Assembly: GCA_018969615.1 (NCBI GenBank)
Contig: JAGWYA010000002.1
Coordinates: 3,070-67,069 of the forward strand
Reading direction: 5' to 3'
From: Patescibacteria group bacterium
GTDB taxonomy: Bacteria > Patescibacteriota > Minisyncoccia > UBA6257 > 02-FULL-45-10c
Length of the DNA: 64,000 nt
The position numbers and the translations under genes are program-made. The notes beneath the pieces are model-generated. The model worked only from the letters and a program-made list of their open reading frames with translations. It had not been told where the DNA came from and did not search any database. Shown one piece after another: positions 35,063 to 43,394 of the stretch (positions within the stretch are counted from its first letter, which is position 1; each line of letters opens with the position of its first letter).

Positions 35063-36091
35063 ATGGAATCACAAAACACAAAAAAAAGTATACCAAAAAA
35101 GGACCCGAAAAGGGAAGAGGACGCGCACATTGATCTCGCGCTCCGTCCTTCGAATTGGGAAGACTATATCGGACAGGAAAAGATCAAGAAAAACCTCCGG
35201 GTGATCCTGGACGCGGCGTTGAAGCGCGCGGAATCATCCGATCACCTGCTGTTCTACGGCCAGGCGGGCCTCGGCAAGACGACGCTCGCGCATTTGGTCG
35301 CCAAAGAGATGGGCGCGAACCTGAAAGTGACCTCCGGACCGACGTTGGAAAAGATGGGGGACCTTGCGGCGATCCTTAGTAACCTCGAAAGCGGCGACGT
35401 ACTGTTCATTGATGAGGCGCACCGGTTGAACCATCAGATCGAAGAAGTGCTCTATCCGGCGCTTGAGAGCCGGAAGCTCCACTTGGTGATCGGCAAAGGA
35501 CCGGGCGCACGAACCTTCTCGCTTGATCTTCCGCCGTTCACACTGATCGCGGCGACCACGCGCGCGAACTTGCTGTCCGGCCCGCTTCGTTCCCGATTCG
35601 GTGCATCGTTCAAATTGGATTACTACACCGTTGCCGACATTGAGGCGATCCTGGAGCGTTCGGCGAAGCTTCTCGGCGTGGCCGCGGAACCGGCGGCGCT
35701 GAATGCGATCGCAAAAGCGTCCCGGTTCACGCCGCGCATTGCGAACCGGCTTTTGAAGCGCGCCCGCGATTATGCGGAGGTGAACGATATGCCGACGATC
35801 ACGGAAGAAGCGGCGCGCAACGCGCTTGAAATGCTGGAGATCGACGAGCTCGGCCTTGAGCCGACCGACCGGCAGCTCCTTTCGATCATTATCGAGAAGT
35901 TCAACGGCGGTCCGGTCGGGATCCAGACCCTCGCCGCGGCGTTGAACGATGACCGCGGGATCATTGAGGACGTGTATGAGCCGTATCTGATGAGCATCGG
36001 ACTATTGAACCGTACGCCGGCAGGTCGCCGCGTGACCGCGGAGGGGTACAAGCACCTCGGATACAAGATCTCTAAGGACGGACTGCTTTAA
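35063..36091 (+). CDS. ruvB: Holliday junction branch-migration ATPase RuvB
   Basis: 342 aa; Walker A GQAGLGKTTLA, Walker B VLFIDEAHRL, RuvB_C winged helix. Confidence 0.95.
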   Translation: MESQNTKKSIPKKDPKREEDAHIDLALRPSNWEDYIGQEKIKKNLRVILDAALKRAESSDHLLFYGQAGLGKTTLAHLVAKEMGANLKVTSGPTLEKMGDLAAILSNLESGDVLFIDEAHRLNHQIEEVLYPALESRKLHLVIGKGPGARTFSLDLPPFTLIAATTRANLLSGPLRSRFGASFKLDYYTVADIEAILERSAKLLGVAAEPAALNAIAKASRFTPRIANRLLKRARDYAEVNDMPTITEEAARNALEMLEIDELGLEPTDRQLLSIIIEKFNGGPVGIQTLAAALNDDRGIIEDVYEPYLMSIGLLNRTPAGRRVTAEGYKHLGYKISKDGLL

Positions 36092-36100
36092 AGATCGATT

Positions 36101-36685
36101 ATGGATAATCCATTGGAAAAAATGATGCGGCAGGGGAACAGAGAAAAAATTGAGGAACCCTCAGAGCTTCATGAAGAAGAGCAAAAATCGATCACGACCG
36201 GCAGGCTTGAAGAATTAGCCGCAGATATTAAAAAGATGTCGGTGATCCCTCCGATCAGCGATGAATATTTTTTAAACAAAGAAGCGGTAGAACTTGATGC
36301 GGAATTAAGTGAATTTGTTGCAGCAGAAAACCGACTCGATTCTAATTCGAAGAAAAAATTATATCGGCGGCTCAAACAGGAAGTTCTTGATGAAAAAATA
36401 AAAGAATTTCAAACCCATGCGCATGGAACAGTGAATGAAATAGCGGAAAAAGTGCGGCTCGCCACGCGCCCCGCCCTTTCTTCAGATGAGGAGATGCAAT
36501 TGGAAATATATCTAGGAAAAGCACCGGCATGGCAGCGTTTAAAAGCGGTGGAATCTTTGGAAGAAGTTTTTAAGAAGGTCGGTTTTGTCGACCCTCAACT
36601 GCAAGAGAAGATTAAGGAAATAGAGAAAATGATCGGTAAAGATGACTATAGGACACAGGAAGCAAAATTAGGCGGATATGATTAA
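36101..36685 (+). CDS. Hypothetical charged protein (194 aa)
   Basis: Lower-GC codon usage than its neighbours; no recognisable motif; terminator aagagcccgtatgggctcttttt at 36706-36728. Confidence 0.45.
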   Translation: MDNPLEKMMRQGNREKIEEPSELHEEEQKSITTGRLEELAADIKKMSVIPPISDEYFLNKEAVELDAELSEFVAAENRLDSNSKKKLYRRLKQEVLDEKIKEFQTHAHGTVNEIAEKVRLATRPALSSDEEMQLEIYLGKAPAWQRLKAVESLEEVFKKVGFVDPQLQEKIKEIEKMIGKDDYRTQEAKLGGYD

Positions 36686-36760
36686 GGTAATACCCTAAGA
36701 AGCGCAAGAGCCCGTATGGGCTCTTTTTATTGGCGGCGAGTGAGCGTAAACTAAGAGCAT

Positions 36761-37276
36761 ATGCGCAGTTCATCGATCCATATGACCCGGCGCTTCGCGG
36801 CCCGGCTGGCAAGGCGGATCCTGAAAAAGGGACCGTTGCGTTCCGGTGCGACGATCGTCGCGCTCCGGGGAGATCTTGGCGCGGGAAAGACGACGTTCAC
36901 TCAGGGGTTCGTGAAAGCGCTCGGCGTGAAGGGGCGGGTGACGAGTCCGACCTTTTTGCTGATGCGGCGGTATGCGCTAAAGAGTCGAAAGTCCCGCCAA
37001 AGGCGAGGCTCCCGCTTCGCAGCGAGGCGAGCGCCAAAGGCGGCAAAGGTCAAAGGTCACATGTTTAAAAATGTCTACCATTTCGACCTCTATCGCATCC
37101 AGCGGGCAAGCGATCTGCAGGCGCTTGAGTTCAATAAGATCATTGCGGAACCGGCGAATATCGTGCTGATCGAATGGCCGGAGCGACTGGGAAAAAAGAA
37201 GCATGCGCATACGGTTCATTTCAAGCACGGAAAAAATGAAAAAGAGCGTGAGATTAGAATTAAGAATACTGAATAG
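36761..37276 (+). CDS. tsaE: tRNA threonylcarbamoyladenosine biosynthesis protein TsaE, with an in-frame insertion of about 25 aa of basic low-complexity sequence
   Basis: P-loop GDLGAGKTTFTQG; SPTFLLMRRY and YHFDLYRI motifs. Between them lies SRKSRQRRGSRFAARRAPKAAKVKGHMF, encoded by GC-rich direct repeats (ccaaaggcg x2, caaaggtca x2). The 3' end and stop codon lie in the AT-rich repeat at 37253-37340. Confidence 0.75.
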   Translation: MRSSSIHMTRRFAARLARRILKKGPLRSGATIVALRGDLGAGKTTFTQGFVKALGVKGRVTSPTFLLMRRYALKSRKSRQRRGSRFAARRAPKAAKVKGHMFKNVYHFDLYRIQRASDLQALEFNKIIAEPANIVLIEWPERLGKKKHAHTVHFKHGKNEKEREIRIKNTE

Positions 37277-37340
37277 TGAATCAGGAACAGGTCCGGTAAT
37301 GCCAGCTTCCTTATTCGCAATTCATGCTTCATAATTCATT
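37253..37340 (+). mobile_element. Roughly 88-nt AT-rich MITE-like copy of the cassette ends (gene-less), between tsaE and the polA 5'-3' exonuclease ORF
   Basis: Left end ttagaattaagaatactgaatagtgaatcaggaa matches ttagaataaggaagtatgaataaggaatcaggga at 10946 (26/34 identical). Right end ggtccggtaatgcc...ttccttattcgcaattcatgcttcataattcatta matches ggccgtaattcctaattcgaaattcatg at 11331. Confidence 0.45.
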
Positions 37341-37344
37341 ATAT

Positions 37345-38211
37345 ATGCGTAAATTCCTTCTCATTGATGCGAACTCATTGATCCACCGGTCGTTCCATGC
37401 GCTGCCGCCGCTGACGACGCCGAAAGGCGAGCCGATCAACGCGGTCTACGGGCTTTCCTCGATCCTGTTGAAATTGATCAAAGACCATCAGCCGGATTAT
37501 GTCGCGGCCGCCTTTGACCGCCCGGAAGCGACTTTCCGCAAAGTGATGTATCAGGAATATAAAGCGCATCGGCCGCCGACCGCGAGCGAGCTGGTATCCC
37601 AGCTGGTGGAGGCGCACCGCACGTTCGAAAAGTTCGGCATTCCGGTCATTGAAAAAGCGGGGCTGGAGGCTGATGATATTGTCGGAACGCTGGCGGAGCA
37701 GATGAAAAAAGAGCCCGATGTGAAAGTGGTTATTTTTTCCGGCGATAAAGATAATCTGCAGCTGATCGACGGCGACCGGGTCGTGGTGGAGCTGTTGAAG
37801 ACCGGCGTGAGCAAGACCGTGACCTATAATGAACCGTTGTTTTTGCAGGAATACGGATTCTCGCCGAAGCAGCTGATCGATTTCAAGGCGCTGATTGGCG
37901 ATACCTCGGATAATATTCCCGGCGTGACCGGCATCGGGCCGAAAGGGGCGACCGATCTGATCCGCGAATACGGAAGCATTGAGAAGATCTATGAGGAGGT
38001 GGGATTGATCGCGAAAGAATCGCTCCGGAAAAAATTGGAAGCGGGGCGGGAGAGCGCGCTCCTTTCCAAGACGCTCGCCACGATCAAGCGCGACGCGGAT
38101 CTGGGCGTTTCACTCGCTGATTTCAGCCAGCATCCGCTGGACCGGGACGGGTTGAGAAAATATTTCGAAGAGCTTGGATTCCGCAGCCTGGTGGAGCGGA
38201 TGTCATCATGA
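37345..38211 (+). CDS. polA: DNA polymerase I 5'-3' exonuclease (FEN-like) domain encoded as a separate ORF
   Basis: MRKFLLIDANSLIHRSFHAL start; conserved Asp clusters (AFDRPEATFR, GLEADDIVGTLA, FSGDKD); H3TH region GIGPKGATDLI. The stop TGA (38209-38211) overlaps the ATG of the next ORF (ATGA). Confidence 0.85.
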   Translation: MRKFLLIDANSLIHRSFHALPPLTTPKGEPINAVYGLSSILLKLIKDHQPDYVAAAFDRPEATFRKVMYQEYKAHRPPTASELVSQLVEAHRTFEKFGIPVIEKAGLEADDIVGTLAEQMKKEPDVKVVIFSGDKDNLQLIDGDRVVVELLKTGVSKTVTYNEPLFLQEYGFSPKQLIDFKALIGDTSDNIPGVTGIGPKGATDLIREYGSIEKIYEEVGLIAKESLRKKLEAGRESALLSKTLATIKRDADLGVSLADFSQHPLDRDGLRKYFEELGFRSLVERMSS

Positions 38212-39659
38212 CCGATTTCGATCTGAAAGAAAAATTTAAAACATTGCGCCGGGAGGGCGCGGCGCTGCCGAAAACCTTTTGCGACCTCGGTGTCGCATTT
38301 TGGCTTTTGAATCCCGACGAGGCGAAGCATGAGCCTGAATATTTGAGCGAACGCTATTTGCATACGAAAAGCATTTCGAAAAAAGCATTGGCGGCATATG
38401 CGGAGAAGAGGCTGAAGGAATATAAGCTTGAAGCTTTGTTCCGCGACGTCGAGCTTCCGCTGATCCCTATCCTTGCGGAGATGGAGCTGAGGGGCATTGC
38501 CGTGGACCGGAAAGCGCTCCAGGCGCTGGACGCTGAACTGGGGAAAAAGATCACGGCGCTCGCAAAGGATATCTACCGCACTGCCGGAGGGCCGTTCAAT
38601 ATCAATTCGCCGAAACAGCTGGGGCAGATCCTTTTTGAAAAATTAGCGATCAGCGGAGAGGGGGTCAAAAAGACCAAGGGCGGTGCCGTCTCCACGAACA
38701 TTGATACGCTGATGACGATCAAGGAGCGGCATCCGATCGTGAAGTACATTCTTGAATATCGCGAGTTGTTTAAATTGCAGTCGACGTACGTGAAGCCGCT
38801 CCAGGAACTGGCGGATACGAACGGCCGCGTGCACACGACCTATCTCCAGACCGGAACTTCGACGGGGCGGCTCAGCTCGCAGAACCCGAATCTGCAGAAC
38901 ATCCCTACAGGCGGCGAGTGGGCAAATCGCGTACGAAGCGTCTTTGTCCCTGAGAAAGGGTACGCATTCGTTTCGTTTGATTATTCGCAGATCGAACTGC
39001 GCGTGCTTGCATCGTTATGCGGCGATCCGCAGATGATCAAGGCGTTCACTGAAGGCGCCGACATTCACCGGCTGACCGCGGCAAACGTGTTCAATGTGCC
39101 GATCGCGAACGTGACGCCGGAGATGCGGCGTTTGGCAAAGACCCTGAACTTCGGCGTCGTGTACGGCATGGGGGCGCAGGCGTTCGCGAAAACGAGCGGG
39201 CTGAGCTTTACCGAAGCCAAGAAATTCATCGATGAATATTTCCATGATTTCGCCCAAGTGAAGACCTGGCAGGAAGAGATCAAGGCTTTTGCGCGGACGC
39301 ATGGGTATGTCGTGAACCGGAACGGCCGCCGGCGGCTGCTTTTGCACGCGACCTCGATGTTCCGCGGCGAGGCGGCGGAAGCGGAGCGTGCGGCGATCAA
39401 TATGCCGGTCCAGGGATTGGCGGCGGATATCGTGAAGATCGCCATGGTGAACGTCGCAGCCGAGATCCGCAGGCGAAAATGGGATGATGCGGTGCGGATG
39501 CTGCTGACGATCCACGATGAATTGTTGTTCGAGGTCAGGAAGGATATACTAAAAGAAGCGATCGGCGTCATTCAGCCGATCATGGAGCGTGCGTATACGC
39601 TTGAAGTGCCGTTGACCGTCAATGTAAAGACGGGAACGACCTGGGGTGACCTCGCGTGA
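38208..39659 (+). CDS. polA: DNA polymerase I polymerase (family A palm/fingers) domain; no 3'-5' exonuclease domain evident
   Basis: 483 aa; motif A (VSFDYSQIELRVLA), motif B (RRLAKTLNFGVVYGMGAQAFA), motif C (IHDELLFEV). Confidence 0.85.
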   Translation: MTDFDLKEKFKTLRREGAALPKTFCDLGVAFWLLNPDEAKHEPEYLSERYLHTKSISKKALAAYAEKRLKEYKLEALFRDVELPLIPILAEMELRGIAVDRKALQALDAELGKKITALAKDIYRTAGGPFNINSPKQLGQILFEKLAISGEGVKKTKGGAVSTNIDTLMTIKERHPIVKYILEYRELFKLQSTYVKPLQELADTNGRVHTTYLQTGTSTGRLSSQNPNLQNIPTGGEWANRVRSVFVPEKGYAFVSFDYSQIELRVLASLCGDPQMIKAFTEGADIHRLTAANVFNVPIANVTPEMRRLAKTLNFGVVYGMGAQAFAKTSGLSFTEAKKFIDEYFHDFAQVKTWQEEIKAFARTHGYVVNRNGRRRLLLHATSMFRGEAAEAERAAINMPVQGLAADIVKIAMVNVAAEIRRRKWDDAVRMLLTIHDELLFEVRKDILKEAIGVIQPIMERAYTLEVPLTVNVKTGTTWGDLA

Positions 39660-40993
39660 CCGAACTTATGAAACGCTTTTGGAACAATTTAGGCGATTAT
39701 ATGCGCTTGCCGGAGATGCGGGTCTTTTGGCTGTTCCTTTTTCTGGTTTTGCTGATCCTGGTCGTTGACGTGATCTATCTCACCGCGTTCTGGACGATTG
39801 TCAGCATGGTTATCTTGTTCTCGGTGGGCGTGGTGATGTTCGTGACCAATATCCGTGCGGCGGCGACCAAAGTGCAGCTGATGAACGAAAAGCGCCGCGT
39901 CGATAATATCATTCTCAGCATGGGGGACGGGGTTATGGTATACGACCCTGATTTCAGGATCCAGCTGTTCAATCGGTCGGCGGAGCATATCTTCGGCCTG
40001 GCGACGCAGGATATCATCGGCCAAACGATCACGCCGGAAAGCGTGCGGAACCCGAAATTGGAAACACTGGCAAAAGTGATCTTCCAGTCGCTGGCGCCGC
40101 AGGTGATCCGCCGTTCGCCGGAGGGAGAGTATCCGCAGATCGCCGATCTTTCGTTCGAGGAGCCGCATCTTGAGCTGCGCGTGACGACCGACCGGATCCT
40201 GAAAGAGGACGGTTCGATCGGCGGGTTCCTGAAGATCGTCCGTGACCGGACCCATGAGGTTGAACTGGTGCGCGCCAAGAGCGAGTTCATTACCGTCGCG
40301 GCGCATCAGCTCCGGACGCCGCTGTCGGCGATCAACTGGACCTTCCAGTCGCTCAATGACGAGAAGCTGACGGATTCGCAGAAGGACCTGGTGAACACCG
40401 GTTTGTCCGCATCGACGAACCTGCTGAAGATCGTCGAAGACCTTTTGAACACGGCGAAGATCGAAGAAGGGAAGTTCGGCTATAATTTCCAGAGGACCGA
40501 TATCGTGGCGTTCCTCCAGAACCTGCTCAATCAGGCGATGGTCGTGGCGAAGGAATACAATGTGAAGATCTATATGGAGCGGCCGCCGGAAGCGGCGATG
40601 CCGGCGGAGATCGACGCGGAGCGCATGGGGCTGGTCGTCGCCAATCTCCTTGAGAACGCGATCAAATACAACGTGCAGAACGGCCAGGTTGTGGTGAGCG
40701 TCCAGCGCCGCAACGACGGTCCGTTCATCCAGGTGAATATCGCGGATACCGGGCTCGGTATGTCGCAGGAAACCCAGCAGAAGCTGTTCACGAAGTTCTA
40801 TCGTGGCGACAACGTGGTCACAAAGGAGGCGAACGGTTCCGGTCTCGGTCTCTACATCGCAAAGAACATCATCCGCCGCCATGGCGGGCAGATCTGGGTG
40901 GAATCGGAGCTGAACCGCGGCACCACGTTCCATTTTACGGTCGCGACCGATCCGTCGGTGGTCCCGCAGCGGGAGACCGCGATCGAAGAATAA
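39656..40993 (+). CDS. Sensor histidine kinase (2 TM, PAS, HisKA, HATPase_c)
   Basis: GTG 39656 overlaps the polA stop; H-box FITVAAHQLRTPLSAI; N, G1 and G2 boxes (ENAIKYN, DTGLGM, GSGLGLYIAKNI). The antisense ORF 39689..40933 is rejected. Confidence 0.85.
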   Translation: MTELMKRFWNNLGDYMRLPEMRVFWLFLFLVLLILVVDVIYLTAFWTIVSMVILFSVGVVMFVTNIRAAATKVQLMNEKRRVDNIILSMGDGVMVYDPDFRIQLFNRSAEHIFGLATQDIIGQTITPESVRNPKLETLAKVIFQSLAPQVIRRSPEGEYPQIADLSFEEPHLELRVTTDRILKEDGSIGGFLKIVRDRTHEVELVRAKSEFITVAAHQLRTPLSAINWTFQSLNDEKLTDSQKDLVNTGLSASTNLLKIVEDLLNTAKIEEGKFGYNFQRTDIVAFLQNLLNQAMVVAKEYNVKIYMERPPEAAMPAEIDAERMGLVVANLLENAIKYNVQNGQVVVSVQRRNDGPFIQVNIADTGLGMSQETQQKLFTKFYRGDNVVTKEANGSGLGLYIAKNIIRRHGGQIWVESELNRGTTFHFTVATDPSVVPQRETAIEE

Positions 40994-41059
40994 CCTTCTT
41001 GTTTTTGAAGCGTCACGCTGCTACAGTAAGAGCAGCTATTTTTATTTTGAGGAGGCGGG

Positions 41060-41533
41060 ATGGAACAGACCTTGATGTGGACTGCGGCGTTCATCGTTGC
41101 GGCGATCCTTTTGATCTCACTTGGTCCGTGGCTGTATAAGCGGCATACCGAGCAGAAGAAAAAAGAGTTTAATGATTATAAAGTGGGAGTATATACCCAT
41201 AGCGAAGCCAACGGCTATGTGCTCGGGCAGGAATTTCGCGGCTTAGTTCTTGCGATCGCTCATTATCACGCAGCTATTGCCGGAAAGCTCATGACGACCA
41301 AAGAAGCGGACGCGAATCATGATAATAATGAAAAACTTATCCTTACTGAGGATGAGGAGGATGCGTTTCGTCAGGCGCTCAAGGAGCTCAGCTGTGAGGG
41401 GTCGCGATGCGTTGTTTGCGATAAACTCCCCACTCTCCTTGAGAAGGTTCGTCGGCTACGGAAAGAATATGAAAGGAAGTACGAGCTGGAGAAGCAGAAA
41501 GAACAGGAGCGGCGAAAAAAGAAGCCGCTGTAA
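41060..41533 (+). CDS. Hypothetical membrane-anchored protein (157 aa) with a charged coiled-coil C-terminus
   Basis: SD gaggagg 7 nt upstream; N-terminal TM helix; CVVC motif. Confidence 0.45.
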   Translation: MEQTLMWTAAFIVAAILLISLGPWLYKRHTEQKKKEFNDYKVGVYTHSEANGYVLGQEFRGLVLAIAHYHAAIAGKLMTTKEADANHDNNEKLILTEDEEDAFRQALKELSCEGSRCVVCDKLPTLLEKVRRLRKEYERKYELEKQKEQERRKKKPL

Positions 41534-41562
41534 ACACCCTCACGGGTGTTTTTTATTAAAAA

Positions 41563-41591
41563 TTGACAATACTCTATATTATCAATATACT
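41563..41591 (+). promoter_or_regulatory. Consensus sigma-70 promoter TTGACA-17-TATACT upstream of the 41628 ORF
   Basis: Exact -35 hexamer and TATACT -10 with a 17-nt spacer; preceded by the terminator aacaccctcacgggtgtttttt. Confidence 0.55.
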
Positions 41592-41627
41592 CATTTGAGA
41601 TCGCTAAAAAGCAATAAGAGGAACTGA

Positions 41628-41885
41628 ATGATCTTTTGGGTTTGCTTAGCCGTTTGGATCCTTATTGGTAGGTCGCTTATCTGGCTTTATCGCAGAGAGT
41701 ATCATAATAAATATCCATTCTTGCGAGAGCTTCAGGAACTGGAAGATAAAGAAGTTAATGAATTTCGCGCAGAAGTGTATCCGATCATAAGATGCGCAGC
41801 AGATTTCGCAGTTATTCTTATTACCGGATTGCTGTGGCCATTGGATATCTATATGTATCGCAGGTGGGCAAATAAAAGAATTTAG
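41628..41885 (+). CDS. Small membrane protein (85 aa, two TM)
   Basis: AT-rich ORF; two hydrophobic helices; terminator ggaatcgcctataaaataggcgatttttttt follows. Confidence 0.4.
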   Translation: MIFWVCLAVWILIGRSLIWLYRREYHNKYPFLRELQELEDKEVNEFRAEVYPIIRCAADFAVILITGLLWPLDIYMYRRWANKRI

Positions 41886-41970
41886 TTTTGGAATCGCCTA
41901 TAAAATAGGCGATTTTTTTTGCACACGTTATTCATTTTCATTGGCGAGGTGTCAGTGTACAGTAAAGGTA

Positions 41971-42777
41971 ATGATCATTTCGCTGTACGGGCCGGACAGT
42001 TATCGCCGGCAGAAAAAACAGGATGATATCCTTGCGGGATACCGCGCCAAGCATTCGGGGTTGTCGGTGGAATATTTCGACTTGGAGGACGATAATGCTT
42101 TTGATGCGCTTCGGGAGTTCGTCCGGGCGACATCGCTGTTCGATGCGATGAAATGCGCGGTCGTGCGGCATGCGGACGCGCTGGGAAAGGCGGAGGGAAA
42201 AGAGTTCCGTGCTTTTTTAAAGGACCAGCTGGCGCGCAAGGAGTCGACCCTCGTACTACTCTGGGATAAAAAGCCGACCAAGGAATATGCATTCTTACTG
42301 AAGGCGCCGGCGCTGGCGCAGGAATTCGCCGAGCTGAGCGGATCGGCGCAGCTGGCATTCATCGCGAATGAAGCGAAGGCGCGCGGGATCACGATCGACC
42401 GTGCGGGGATCGACCTGCTGAGCCGTGCGTTCCAGGGGAATACCTGGGGCCTTGTAACCGAGCTTGAGAAGCTGGCGCTACTGGATGAAAAAACTGTAAC
42501 CCTGAAGACGATCAGCGGGCATCTTGAGTTGTTCAATGAACTGAATCTTTTTACCGCGCTCGGAACGATCCGAACCTCTCCCGATCGTGCGGAGCGTCTG
42601 CGGCTTCTCGAGGAGCTATTGAGCCGCCATAATGATCCGGCGATGCTCTTTAATATGATCGCGGTCGCGCCGTACGAAGGAAGGGAATGGAAGACCGCGG
42701 TCGCCGACTATGATGTCGCGGTCAAATCGGGGAAGCTTGAATACGAAGAGGCGCTGCTTGCCTTGGCGCTGCGATAA
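41971..42777 (+). CDS. holA: DNA polymerase III delta subunit (HolA-like), short form
   Basis: 268 aa starting MIISLYGPDSYRRQKK; overall helical AAA+-lid-like organisation typical of HolA. The assignment is by family resemblance only. Confidence 0.45.
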   Translation: MIISLYGPDSYRRQKKQDDILAGYRAKHSGLSVEYFDLEDDNAFDALREFVRATSLFDAMKCAVVRHADALGKAEGKEFRAFLKDQLARKESTLVLLWDKKPTKEYAFLLKAPALAQEFAELSGSAQLAFIANEAKARGITIDRAGIDLLSRAFQGNTWGLVTELEKLALLDEKTVTLKTISGHLELFNELNLFTALGTIRTSPDRAERLRLLEELLSRHNDPAMLFNMIAVAPYEGREWKTAVADYDVAVKSGKLEYEEALLALALR

Positions 42778-42802
42778 ACATCGTTTGAATTATTTTGCGC
42801 GA

Positions 42803-42863
42803 GAAAGCGCCAGTCCCTTTTTCAGTAACGGGTTCTTACACTGAAAAAGGGACTGGCGCTTTC
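42803..42863. repeat. Perfect 24-bp-stem hairpin (gaaagcgccagtccctttttcagt / actgaaaaagggactggcgctttc, 13-nt loop)
   Basis: Inverted repeat read directly from the sequence, 26 nt after the holA stop; it may serve as the holA terminator, although the stem is far longer than typical terminators. Confidence 0.55.
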
Positions 42864-42891
42864 TTCGTATTGCGTATTTTATATAAAAATA

Positions 42892-42950
42892 AGGCAGGAT
42901 ATCTTTGGGGCAGCATAAGACCCCGGCGCTGTTCCAAAGATATCCTGCCT
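42892..42950. repeat. Perfect 17-bp-stem hairpin (aggcaggatatctttgg / ccaaagatatcctgcct, 25-nt loop)
   Basis: Inverted repeat read directly from the sequence. Confidence 0.55.
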
Positions 42951-43022
42951 GTTCTTGTATGGCTGTGTTTTTTAAAAACAGTGCGGCAAAGACGGACAAA
43001 AAAATTCCCCGGAGGGAAATTT

Positions 43023-43283
43023 TTATTTTGCCGTTGCGAGAAGTTTTGCGAGGCGGGACTTGAGGCGGGAGGCGGTGTTCTTTTTGATCGTTCCCACTTT
43101 TGCGGTCTTGTCGAGAACCTTGTAGACCTTCGGAAGTTCCGCTTTTGCTTCGTCGAGCTTCTTTGCTGCGACGAGTTTCTTATAGGCTTTGAGCGCTTTC
43201 TTCATCACTTCCTTCCGCGCTTCGTTCTGTGCGCGGCGGGTGAGGTTCTGGCGGTAGGCCTTTTTTGCTGATTTCGTGATCAT
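43023..43283 (-). CDS. rpsT: 30S ribosomal protein S20
   Basis: 86 aa; MITKSAKKAYRQNLTRRAQNEARKE... is characteristic of S20; a terminator hairpin lies at 43000-43022 on the minus strand. Confidence 0.9.
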   Translation of the reverse strand: MITKSAKKAYRQNLTRRAQNEARKEVMKKALKAYKKLVAAKKLDEAKAELPKVYKVLDKTAKVGTIKKNTASRLKSRLAKLLATAK

Positions 43284-43331
43284 AGGTGATAGCGTATAGT
43301 GTAGACGCTTCCCGGTCCGATGTCAATATAT

Positions 43332-43359
43332 TTGACAAAAGGCAATTTTATGCTATACT
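43332..43359 (+). promoter_or_regulatory. Consensus sigma-70 promoter TTGACA (43332-43337), 16-nt spacer, TATACT (43354-43359)
   Basis: Hexamers read directly; the surrounding sequence (tatttgaca ... gcaatttt ... atg.tact.tat) resembles the promoter at 5036. Confidence 0.55.
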
Positions 43360-43394
43360 ATCTTCCAGAACGTCACATTCTTAGGGAGGGCCAT

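Noticed and set aside
39689-40933. 414-aa ORF on the minus strand entirely inside the histidine kinase gene
   Set aside because: It is antisense to a gene with clear HisKA/HATPase motifs. The translation is Arg/Leu/His-rich low-complexity sequence typical of the reverse strand of GC-rich coding DNA, and it has no RBS or start context.
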